From assembly GCA_964013405.1 (NCBI GenBank), contig CAXGWI010000064.1, forward strand, positions 1-18,656: DNA of 18,656 nt. The letters are read 5' to 3'. Numbering within the stretch: the stretch's first letter is position 1; each line of letters starts with the position of its first letter. The stretch is from an uncultured Myxococcales bacterium (lineage in GTDB: Bacteria > Myxococcota > UBA4151). Shown piece by piece: positions 9,047 to 16,108 of this stretch. A model generated the notes under the pieces. That model was not told the origin of the DNA. It did not search any database and saw only the letters and a list, made by a program, of their open reading frames with translations. Made by a program: the position numbers and the translations under genes.

Positions 9047-10572
9047 GCAATCTGCGAGTCGGACTTCTGTTTTTGTTTGGGCTGGGCTCCCTCGGGAGCT
9101 TCAAAGTCTACTTGGATACGGCCGACGTTGCGCCCGATAGTGAGTACCGTGTCCACGCCATTTTCGATGATGCGTCCGGTCTCACGATGAGTTCACGGGT
9201 CCGCATCGCGGGTATCGATGTGGGTCATATCGAAACCATTGAATTGGCCGGTGCCAAGGCTCGGCTCACCCTTCGGCTTCGGTCCGATGTGGACTTGTTC
9301 GAGGATGCCCAAGCGGGCAAACGACCCGAAGGCATTTTGGGGACCAATAACGTGGAACTGGTGCCCGGTACACCAACGGCTGCCCGCCTTCAAAATGGCG
9401 CTGAGATCAAGCGAGTGAACAACAAGGATCCGATCACGGAGGTGACGGAAACGCTCAGCGAGACGGCGAAGCAGATTAAAGAGGTTTCCGATGAAATTCT
9501 TCTCGTCGCTAAGAGCCTCCGCCAATTCATTTCACCGGAGTCATCAAAGGATGAGCCACCGCTGACGAAGTTTACCCGTGTGCTCACCGAGCAAGTGATG
9601 GCCCTTTCGGGGACTGCGGACCAACTCATGCGGCGCATCGATGGTGTACTTGATGCGAACAGCGGTGATCTGCGCACCACGATCGTTGCCCTGAAAAGCT
9701 TGTCCGACCAGTTGGACCAACTCACCGGCGACGAAACACGGGTGCCCTTGCAAGCGATGTTGCGTAATCTCAACCAGGCCACGGCCGGATTGAACCGAGT
9801 TTTGAGCGAGGTGGAGACCTTAGCGGGCACCGGGAATGCGGAAGCGAAGGGGCTTGCGACCACGCTGAGGCGCACGGTCGACAGCCTCGCCGAGGCCTCG
9901 GTTCAGGTGCAAAAGACAGCCGCGGCAGCCAGCTCCGGTAAAGGCCCAGTTGGGCGATTGCTAAGCGACGAAGCCTTGGGCGAGAAACTGGACGACGCCG
10001 TGTCTGGATTGAGCGAGCTTGTCGCAAGCTACGACCGCCTACAGACCCACGTGGAGTTAGGCGGCGGCATGCGGATGGCCCAAGCGGGCGCTAAACCGGG
10101 GGGCAGAGCCGGGCTTCGGCTCAATCTGCTGACCCGCAAGAACAAAGGCTACGTCCTTGGACTGAACTCGGACAACCGGGTCTCACCGCAGGTCGATGTC
10201 ATCGATGGCGTGTCTCAACGTTCTGTTGAGGACAGTTACCGTCTGACAGCGCTCTTCTGGCAGCGCTTTGGCCCGGTCGGACTCAAGGGCGGGCTGATCG
10301 ACGGGCGTGGCGGGGTGGGCCTGGAAGGCTATGCCCTCAAGGACCGTGTTCGCCTGAGTGTGGATGCTTACGATTTTGAGCGCAGCCTCGAAGGCGGCGA
10401 GCAGGTCCCCCGGCATCGAGCCAATCTCGATATGGCGGTCCACCCCAATCTCTTCGTGAGACTGGGCGTCGACGACCCATTTTTGGATGAGCGGGCCTAC
10501 TTCCTCGGCGCCGGTGTGCGCTTTCTGGACCCAGACCTGAAGCGAGTGATGGCGGTGGCCCCCAGCCCTTGA
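9043..10572 (+). CDS. mlaD: MlaD/MCE-domain protein, long form (membrane anchor, MCE domain, helical stalk, C-terminal beta-rich domain), 509 aa
   Basis: N-terminal hydrophobic anchor; MCE signature FDDASGL...VRIAGIDVGHI...GILG...VELVPG; about 200 aa of amphipathic helix ending in GKGPVGRLLSD; then alternating beta-strand pattern. ATGA overlap with mlaF; ends in three tandem TGA codons (10570-10578). Confidence 0.92.
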   Translation: MSNLRVGLLFLFGLGSLGSFKVYLDTADVAPDSEYRVHAIFDDASGLTMSSRVRIAGIDVGHIETIELAGAKARLTLRLRSDVDLFEDAQAGKRPEGILGTNNVELVPGTPTAARLQNGAEIKRVNNKDPITEVTETLSETAKQIKEVSDEILLVAKSLRQFISPESSKDEPPLTKFTRVLTEQVMALSGTADQLMRRIDGVLDANSGDLRTTIVALKSLSDQLDQLTGDETRVPLQAMLRNLNQATAGLNRVLSEVETLAGTGNAEAKGLATTLRRTVDSLAEASVQVQKTAAAASSGKGPVGRLLSDEALGEKLDDAVSGLSELVASYDRLQTHVELGGGMRMAQAGAKPGGRAGLRLNLLTRKNKGYVLGLNSDNRVSPQVDVIDGVSQRSVEDSYRLTALFWQRFGPVGLKGGLIDGRGGVGLEGYALKDRVRLSVDAYDFERSLEGGEQVPRHRANLDMAVHPNLFVRLGVDDPFLDERAYFLGAGVRFLDPDLKRVMAVAPSP

Positions 10573-10606
10573 TGATGACTGGACCAAGGATGACGAATCC
10601 GAAGGT

Positions 10607-10635
10607 TTGACCTCGAATCGCTCTCGCGCGACCAT
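10607..10635 (+). promoter_or_regulatory. Putative sigma70-type promoter for the cytochrome/beta-barrel unit
   Basis: TTGACC(10607-10612)-N17-GACCAT(10630-10635) in the 89-bp gap, followed by GGAGG before GTG 10662. Confidence 0.4.
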
Positions 10636-10661
10636 CGCCCGTCAGGTGAGTTGGAGGCCAA

Positions 10662-11663
10662 GTGAAACGTGCATGCTTAGTCATCGCCTCGGTGATCGTT
10701 TTAAGTGCTGGTAGTTGTGACAATGAGTGCATTGGTCCCGACTGCGTGGACGCACCACCCCCTGAAGCCGGCCCCGTCGACACGGCGACGGACTGGTGTG
10801 ACGTACGGGATGACCTTTTTCCTAGTTGTACCAGCGCTGGTTGTCACGGCGCCAACGGCTTAGATCCTGTGTTGAGTGGTGATGATGAGGCTGTCTACGC
10901 TGCGTTACTGCAAAACGGCAGTTCGGGTTCACCCTATGTGGTGCCCGGTAGCCCGGAGTCTAGTTACCTGTGGCGGAAGGTCGAGGGGACGCACCTGGAG
11001 ACTGGCGTCGGTGGCTCGGGAAGTCAGATGCCGATCGGTGGCTTCGAGGATGTCTTCGAAGCGGACGACGAGCTCGCATTGCGTGTGAAGCTCAGGGATT
11101 GGATCGCGAATGGCGCGGGGACTTCGTGCGGTGGCGGGGGTGACGCCGGTCCTGCACCGGATGCAGGCCCTGCCCCGGATGCAGGGGCCGCTGACGATGC
11201 CGGATCACCGGTTGATACGGGGCCTGCCGCCGTCTGCGGTGATGGCGAGGTGACTGGCGATGAGGCCTGCGACGATGGCAATGATCAGGACGGCGATGGC
11301 TGTGAGAGCGACTGCACCCTGACGCCATCGCCCTACTGTGCCATCGTGGGCCGGCTTGGGGCGTGCACGGGATGCCATGGTCGTTCCGGGGGCTTCACTC
11401 TTGGCAATGACCTCCAGGCTTGGGCCAGCAATACGGTCAATCAACCCAGCTCCAACAATCGGGGTGATGGCATGAACTACATTACGCCGGGCAATAAGGA
11501 GCAGAGCTTCTTGTGGCTCAAGGTCGCGAATCGTCAGGGTGAGGCCGGTGGGATGAGCCCTGGTGGTGTGATGCCGCAAAACAACGCGTGGCCTGCATCC
11601 GCGGTCGAACTGCTGGGTCAATGGATCGACGCTGACCTTCCCACCCCCGAAAACTGCCCCTAG
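10662..11663 (+). CDS. Diheme c-type cytochrome lipoprotein with a central myxobacterial Cys-rich repeat, 333 aa
   Basis: GGAGG RBS; lipoprotein signal ending LSAGSC; two homologous domains with CTSAGCH (10827-10847) and CTGCH (11364-11378), each followed by Y-x-x-PG-x4-S-[YF]-LW-x-KV, a MP (candidate distal Met) and WI, resembling planctomycete-type cytochrome c domains. Confidence 0.8.
   Translation: MKRACLVIASVIVLSAGSCDNECIGPDCVDAPPPEAGPVDTATDWCDVRDDLFPSCTSAGCHGANGLDPVLSGDDEAVYAALLQNGSSGSPYVVPGSPESSYLWRKVEGTHLETGVGGSGSQMPIGGFEDVFEADDELALRVKLRDWIANGAGTSCGGGGDAGPAPDAGPAPDAGAADDAGSPVDTGPAAVCGDGEVTGDEACDDGNDQDGDGCESDCTLTPSPYCAIVGRLGACTGCHGRSGGFTLGNDLQAWASNTVNQPSSNNRGDGMNYITPGNKEQSFLWLKVANRQGEAGGMSPGGVMPQNNAWPASAVELLGQWIDADLPTPENCP
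11142..11231 (+). repeat. Five degenerate 18-bp tandem units encoding a D[AT]Gxxx linker
   Basis: DAGPAP-DAGPAP-DAGAAD-DAGSPV-DTGPAA; first two units gacgccggtcctgcaccg and gatgcaggccctgccccg. Confidence 0.85.
11235..11315 (+). repeat. Single Myxococcus-type cysteine-rich repeat (DUF4215-like)
   Basis: CGDGEVTGDEACDDGNDQDGDGCESDC fits the CGDG-x5-E-x-CDDGN-x3-GDGC-x3-C consensus. Confidence 0.88.
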
Positions 11664-11673
11664 GAGTTAGGCC

Positions 11674-12549
11674 GTGATGCATCGACTTCTCTACAGTTTA
11701 GCGATCCTTCTCCTGGCCTTGCCGGCTGCGGCGGGCAATGATCTGTCCGGCGTCGACGAAGCCTGCCATGGGGAGCTCGAGGATTACCCCGTCCCTCTCG
11801 GAGCCGACAAAGAGGAGTTCAACCGGATTCAAGAGGCAAAAATGCTCAACCATCCGGCCCTCTACATGATGCTGAGCGGTGTGGGTGCCCCCTTCTCGAA
11901 GGGCGGTCGCATCAGCCTGGAGCTGGCCCAGGTCCCGGCCCTCGGCTGTATGGATCGGACCGTGGTGTTCCCGAACAAGTTGAAAACCGAAGACACCAAC
12001 AAGCTACCCGTCCTCCCGAGGCCCCGTCTGACCGTCGCCTTGCCAGAACTTGCGGGCGTGAACGGCAGCTTGACGGTGGCCTACTTGCCGCCGGTCAAAA
12101 TGGGCACCACCTCGGCCCATGCTGTGGGTCTGAGTCTGGCATTGCACACGCGGCTGGCGACGGACCTGGATTTGGGCATTCGCTTTCAGGGGCTCACGGG
12201 TCGAATCGTTGACGACATTGCGGCGAACACGGACCCCAATGGCCCAGTCTATCTCGACTTCTACAGTCCGGGCGTGATCGGCTTGGGCGTGGCTGCGGGC
12301 TATGACCTCAAGTCGCTGGCGCCCGGTTCGGCCCTCTATGCCGAGGCCGACTATGTGAATGTGGGGACCTTCTTCGCGGTGGGCGATGACGGCAAGGTCG
12401 TCAACAACCGGTTCCCATTCTTGGGCCTCGCCTACTCATTGGGGGCCCAAACGGTGCACAAAGGAATCGACCTTGGGCTCGGCTGGCATCATGCCCCGGG
12501 GTCAACCTACAGGGGGATCCGGGCTCGCCTGGGTTACCGCTGGGACTGA
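11674..12549 (+). CDS. Exported hypothetical protein, predicted outer-membrane beta-barrel, 291 aa
   Basis: AGGAG RBS overlapping the upstream stop; SPase I signal ending LPAAA; many alternating hydrophobic strands (RISLELA, RLTVALP, SLTVAY, GLSLAL, LDLGIRF, GLGVAAGY, LYAEADY, LAYSLGA, IDLGLGW); C-terminus IRARLGYRWD resembles a BAM beta-signal. Confidence 0.65.
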   Translation: MMHRLLYSLAILLLALPAAAGNDLSGVDEACHGELEDYPVPLGADKEEFNRIQEAKMLNHPALYMMLSGVGAPFSKGGRISLELAQVPALGCMDRTVVFPNKLKTEDTNKLPVLPRPRLTVALPELAGVNGSLTVAYLPPVKMGTTSAHAVGLSLALHTRLATDLDLGIRFQGLTGRIVDDIAANTDPNGPVYLDFYSPGVIGLGVAAGYDLKSLAPGSALYAEADYVNVGTFFAVGDDGKVVNNRFPFLGLAYSLGAQTVHKGIDLGLGWHHAPGSTYRGIRARLGYRWD

Positions 12550-12978
12550 AAGCGCCGACTGTAGCCCTTTGATGAGGCCCATGAGCACCAGCACATCGAG
12601 AAACAGGAACCCATCCCAATAGGCTCCGGCCATGATGCGGAGGGTCACTCGACCCACGAGCCAAGCGGCCAAGCCTAAGATCGCTGGCTCAACGGCCCGC
12701 CAGCGGGTGCCCACGAGCATGAAGATGTAGAACAGCGCACCACCGATGTAGAGTTGGAGGCTGAGGGTGAGGACCTTCTTACGGGTCTCCAGCTCTTCTG
12801 CGGCGAGGGGGGGCGCAGCTTCCTGTAGCGGCGAGGACGCCCCGGAAACCAAACTGCCGAGTTCCATATAGGAGGCGATGGCACCGAGGCAGAGAAAGAA
12901 GCCGGCCACGGCGAGCGCACGCCGGGTAATGGTGACGCCCTGGTCATGGCGCAGATGGTAAGCGCGCTCCTCCGTCAT
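12502..12978 (-). CDS. Hypothetical integral membrane protein (about four TM helices), 158 aa
   Basis: ATGA coupling to the upstream gene at 12975-12978; four hydrophobic segments; 3' end overlaps the convergent beta-barrel gene by 48 nt. Confidence 0.75.
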   Translation of the reverse strand: MTEERAYHLRHDQGVTITRRALAVAGFFLCLGAIASYMELGSLVSGASSPLQEAAPPLAAEELETRKKVLTLSLQLYIGGALFYIFMLVGTRWRAVEPAILGLAAWLVGRVTLRIMAGAYWDGFLFLDVLVLMGLIKGLQSALSVPAVTQASPDPPVG

Positions 12979-13709
12979 TTTTCGCTCCCAAAGTGAGCCA
13001 CGAGGGGTTCATAGGGCTGGGGAACAGCTAGAGATTCGCCCATTCCCCCCACCGCTTCGACGACCACATCCAAGAGACCGCCAATGGGATCATCACCGTT
13101 TTTGCCGTGGGCTGGGGGATCCGTTTGGGCGTTAAGGGAGACGCGCCACCGCTCGCCGGGGCAGGGGGAATCGGCCAGATCCGCCAGGGGCAGGCTGACA
13201 AAGTGAAAACCGCTGCTGATCTGATCGGGGCCTGCAGCGAGTAACTCAGCTAGATTCTGCAGGCAGGGGGCGAGGGAGAGCCCGTGGCAGAGCGTTTGCC
13301 AGTCGAGTTCTGGCGGCTTCTTAAAGACGCTGAGCATCAGTCGGTGCAATTCGACGCCGCCGAAGGGCTGCCACGTTCGTGCCACTGGAAAGGTCTTCAA
13401 GCCCCGGTTTCGCCAACTCTGCGCGTTGACCGTGAGCCGCAGGTCGATGCTGGGCATCACGTACCTGGGTCGGCCAGATTGCAGGAGGACCTGGAGTCCC
13501 ACCCGGCATGAAAGGGGCGGTTGGCCCTCGGGGATCCACAAGGCATCCAAGCTGCGGGGATTGAGCCAGTCTGAGTCTGGCTCATTCATCGGGACGGGGA
13601 CCAATTGGGCCCCATCTAAAACCCACTGGGGCCAATCCTCAGCCAGGTGGAAGGGGAGTGCCTCTTCCTGCACCCGGCCGGTCAGAATGCGAATGAGTGG
13701 TACGGTCAT
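12975..13709 (-). CDS. Hypothetical cytoplasmic protein, 244 aa
   Basis: Fills the gap exactly with ATGA overlaps at both ends (13706-13709 and 12975-12978); no family recognised. Confidence 0.75.
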   Translation of the reverse strand: MTVPLIRILTGRVQEEALPFHLAEDWPQWVLDGAQLVPVPMNEPDSDWLNPRSLDALWIPEGQPPLSCRVGLQVLLQSGRPRYVMPSIDLRLTVNAQSWRNRGLKTFPVARTWQPFGGVELHRLMLSVFKKPPELDWQTLCHGLSLAPCLQNLAELLAAGPDQISSGFHFVSLPLADLADSPCPGERWRVSLNAQTDPPAHGKNGDDPIGGLLDVVVEAVGGMGESLAVPQPYEPLVAHFGSEK

Positions 13710-14266
13710 TGAAGCCCAGCGCTCGAGGTGAACAGGCTCAACCCATCCCAGTCTTCAAGCCCCATCGAGGTCACAAGGTCCTGCCACAACTGTTCCCTGG
13801 GCCCGCCGAGGGCCCACTGACCCCGGGCGCTCAACGAGGTTGCGAGCCACGCGCCGTCCTCTATCTCCGATTCCAACTGACCGCCGTGCCAGCCCGCGTA
13901 GCCGAGAACGATCCAAAACGGCTGCTCTGCAGCCTGGCAGAGTTCAGCCAAGGTCTCCCGGCGGCTACTGACCATCAAGCCGTCACCGGCCTCCATCGTT
14001 TCTTCACCGGTGAGGCCCGGCCCATGAAGGAGAAAGGCTCGCTCCGGTTGCACGGGCCCCCCTGAGAGGAGGCCGGGCATGATCAGGGGCTCGTCGATGT
14101 CGAGCAACTGGAGAATGGATTGGGGCCCGATCGCATCGGTCTCGTGATTTAGGACCAGGCCGAAGGCGCCGTCGTCATCGTGGCTGAGCAGGAGAATGAC
14201 CGTCTCGCCGAAGTAACTCCCACTGAGTTTCGGCGTGGCGAGCAGGAATCCCGGTGCAAGGCTCAC
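13706..14266 (-). CDS. yqgE: YqgE/AlgH family protein (UPF0301)
   Basis: FLLATP...F..TVILL..H...GAFGLVLN, GGPV...FLLH, LGYAGW..GQLESEI..GAW motifs; GTGA overlap with the FKBP stop. Confidence 0.93.
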   Translation of the reverse strand: MSLAPGFLLATPKLSGSYFGETVILLLSHDDDGAFGLVLNHETDAIGPQSILQLLDIDEPLIMPGLLSGGPVQPERAFLLHGPGLTGEETMEAGDGLMVSSRRETLAELCQAAEQPFWIVLGYAGWHGGQLESEIEDGAWLATSLSARGQWALGGPREQLWQDLVTSMGLEDWDGLSLFTSSAGLQ

Positions 14267-14832
14267 TCTTCCTCCAGCAGGCCGACGATTTCGACCGTCA
14301 CCTCAAGGGTGCTGTCGGGAGGGATCAGGCCAGGAACGCCGGTCGCGCCATAAGCGAGCTTCGGGGGGATCGTGAGCACGCGTTTTTCGCCCAAACTCAT
14401 GTCCATCACGCCCTCTTCCATGCCGCGGTTGAGTTGGCTACGACCCACCGGAAACGTCAGCGGGCTCTTCCCCTTCGTTGAGTCGTAGACAGCGCCATCT
14501 TTGATCTTCGCTTCGTAGTGAATTGAAATCTGTTGGCCCGGTTTGGGCCGATCGCCAGTTCCAGAGCGGATCATTTGCCACTGAAGCCCTGACTTTGAGC
14601 GATGGATTCCTTTGATCAAAGGCTGTGTGGCGCCAGGATCCGGGCTGTTGTCTGCACCGAATCGACCACCAGGCGCTGACTGAGGGTCCAACTGAGTCGG
14701 GGAGGACTTTGTCAGAGATGGGTTCGGGTTGGCTGTACCCTTGGATGAGACGGAATCACTCTGGCTTTGGTTGCAGCCCTGCACCAATCCAAAGCAAACG
14801 AAAAAGCAGCCAAAAAGGAGGGGGCGCATCAT
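14263..14832 (-). CDS. FKBP-type peptidyl-prolyl isomerase domain lipoprotein, 189 aa
   Basis: GGAG RBS; lipobox VQGC; Ser/Pro-rich linker; FKBP domain SGLQW...HY...DG.VYDS...GEKRVLTIPPKLAYG.TG.PGLIPPDSTL. Confidence 0.92.
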   Translation of the reverse strand: MMRPLLFGCFFVCFGLVQGCNQSQSDSVSSKGTANPNPSLTKSSPTQLDPQSAPGGRFGADNSPDPGATQPLIKGIHRSKSGLQWQMIRSGTGDRPKPGQQISIHYEAKIKDGAVYDSTKGKSPLTFPVGRSQLNRGMEEGVMDMSLGEKRVLTIPPKLAYGATGVPGLIPPDSTLEVTVEIVGLLEEE

Positions 14833-14901
14833 TTGGCTCCAGGGTCGACTCCCGACCGCAAGTTGACGATGCCAAAGCTAGCATTTTCTGCAACATCCGT
14901 C

Positions 14902-14920
14902 AGGGGGGCAGCCCCCTTTT
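14902..14920 (+). other. GC-rich hairpin with short T tail in the aminotransferase leader
   Basis: AGGGGG-GCAG-CCCCCT-TTT directly before GAGGA and ATG 14933; function unknown. Confidence 0.35.
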
Positions 14921-14932
14921 GAGGACAGGCCC

Positions 14933-16108
14933 ATGTGTAGTCGACCGGCGGTCTCGAAAACCCTTTCTGTCTACGGCACGAGTATCTTCGCCGAGATGAG
15001 CGCTCTTGCCCTTGAACACGAAGCCATCAACTTAGGTCAGGGATTTCCTGATTTTGAGGGTCCGGAGTTCATCAAAGCGGCGGCAGTCGAGGCGATCCAT
15101 GGTGGGGCCAACCAATATGCTCGTTCCCAAGGCCAGCCTGAACTCTGTGCGGCTGTCGTGCAAAAAGTGCAGGCCCAGTACGCCTTGTCCCGGGACCCAG
15201 CGAGCGAAGTCGGTGTCTATTCCGGTGCGACGGAGGGGCTTGCTGCTGGTCTCCTCGGCATGTTGGAGCCCGGCGACGAAGTGGTGACCTTCGAGCCGGT
15301 CTACGACAGCTACATTCCCTTGATGCGTCTGGTGGGTGCGGTGCCGCGAGTGGCCACACTCCGTTGGCCTGATTTTCGGATGGATCTCGATGAGGTTCGG
15401 TCTCTGTTTAACGACAAGACTCGACTCCTTTTGCTCAACACACCCCACAATCCGACAGGGACGGTCTTCAGCCGGCAGGAGTTGGAGCAACTCGCCGAAC
15501 TCTGCCGTACTCACGATGTCTTGGTCTTGACCGATGAAGTCTACGAACACCTCACCTTTGATGGGGCAGAGCATATCCCGATGGCGACCTTGCCGGGGAT
15601 GGCCGGTCGGGTCCTGAGCCTAAGTTCCACCGGCAAAACCTTTAGTATGACCGGTTGGAAGATCGGCTATGCCCATGGGGCAGCGGATCTGGTTGCCGCT
15701 GCCCAGGCTGCCCATCAGTTCCTCACCTTCGCCACCGCCAAGCCCTTTCAACTGGCGATGGCGAAAGCCCTGGCTGTCGGGCCGTCCTTCTACGAGGAGT
15801 TTCGGGCTGATTACACCGCCCGCCGAACGGTCTTGTTGGAGGGACTATCTGCTGCAGGCCTACCGGTTTGCCGACCCCAGGGGACCTACTTTGCCATGGC
15901 CAATATTGGGGCTCTCGACTTCGAGAATGACCGGCACTTCGCTTATTGGCTCACCGAGAACTTAGGCGTGACCTGCATCCCAGCGAGCTCCTTCTATGTG
16001 AAACACGAAGAGCAGAAGTTGGTTCGCTTCGCCTTTTGTAAAGCCGTTGACACCCTCAAAGCAGCCATGGACCGGCTGCAGCCCTTGGCGAACTTAGGCC
16101 AACTTTAG
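14933..16108 (+). CDS. PLP-dependent class I/II aminotransferase (YbdL / actinobacterial DapC / kynurenine aminotransferase-like), 391 aa
   Basis: SIFAEMSALA..INLGQGFPDF, GATEGL, EPVYDSY, NTPHNPTG, DEVY, PLP-lysine in STGKTFSMTGWKIG, VRFAFCK. Substrate cannot be assigned by eye. Confidence 0.93.
   Translation: MCSRPAVSKTLSVYGTSIFAEMSALALEHEAINLGQGFPDFEGPEFIKAAAVEAIHGGANQYARSQGQPELCAAVVQKVQAQYALSRDPASEVGVYSGATEGLAAGLLGMLEPGDEVVTFEPVYDSYIPLMRLVGAVPRVATLRWPDFRMDLDEVRSLFNDKTRLLLLNTPHNPTGTVFSRQELEQLAELCRTHDVLVLTDEVYEHLTFDGAEHIPMATLPGMAGRVLSLSSTGKTFSMTGWKIGYAHGAADLVAAAQAAHQFLTFATAKPFQLAMAKALAVGPSFYEEFRADYTARRTVLLEGLSAAGLPVCRPQGTYFAMANIGALDFENDRHFAYWLTENLGVTCIPASSFYVKHEEQKLVRFAFCKAVDTLKAAMDRLQPLANLGQL

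Noticed and set aside
10570..10578. TGATGATGA after mlaD as recoding or selenocysteine readthrough
   Set aside because: Three consecutive stops argue for firm termination; no SECIS-like hairpin recognised.
11142..11231. 18-bp repeats as a CRISPR-like or non-coding array
   Set aside because: In-frame, degenerate, no spacers, no cas genes; explained by the peptide linker.
11755..11772. DEACHG in the beta-barrel protein as a heme site (Cyc2-like fusion)
   Set aside because: No first Cys of a CXXCH motif; the Cys more likely pairs with the only other Cys (LGCMD).
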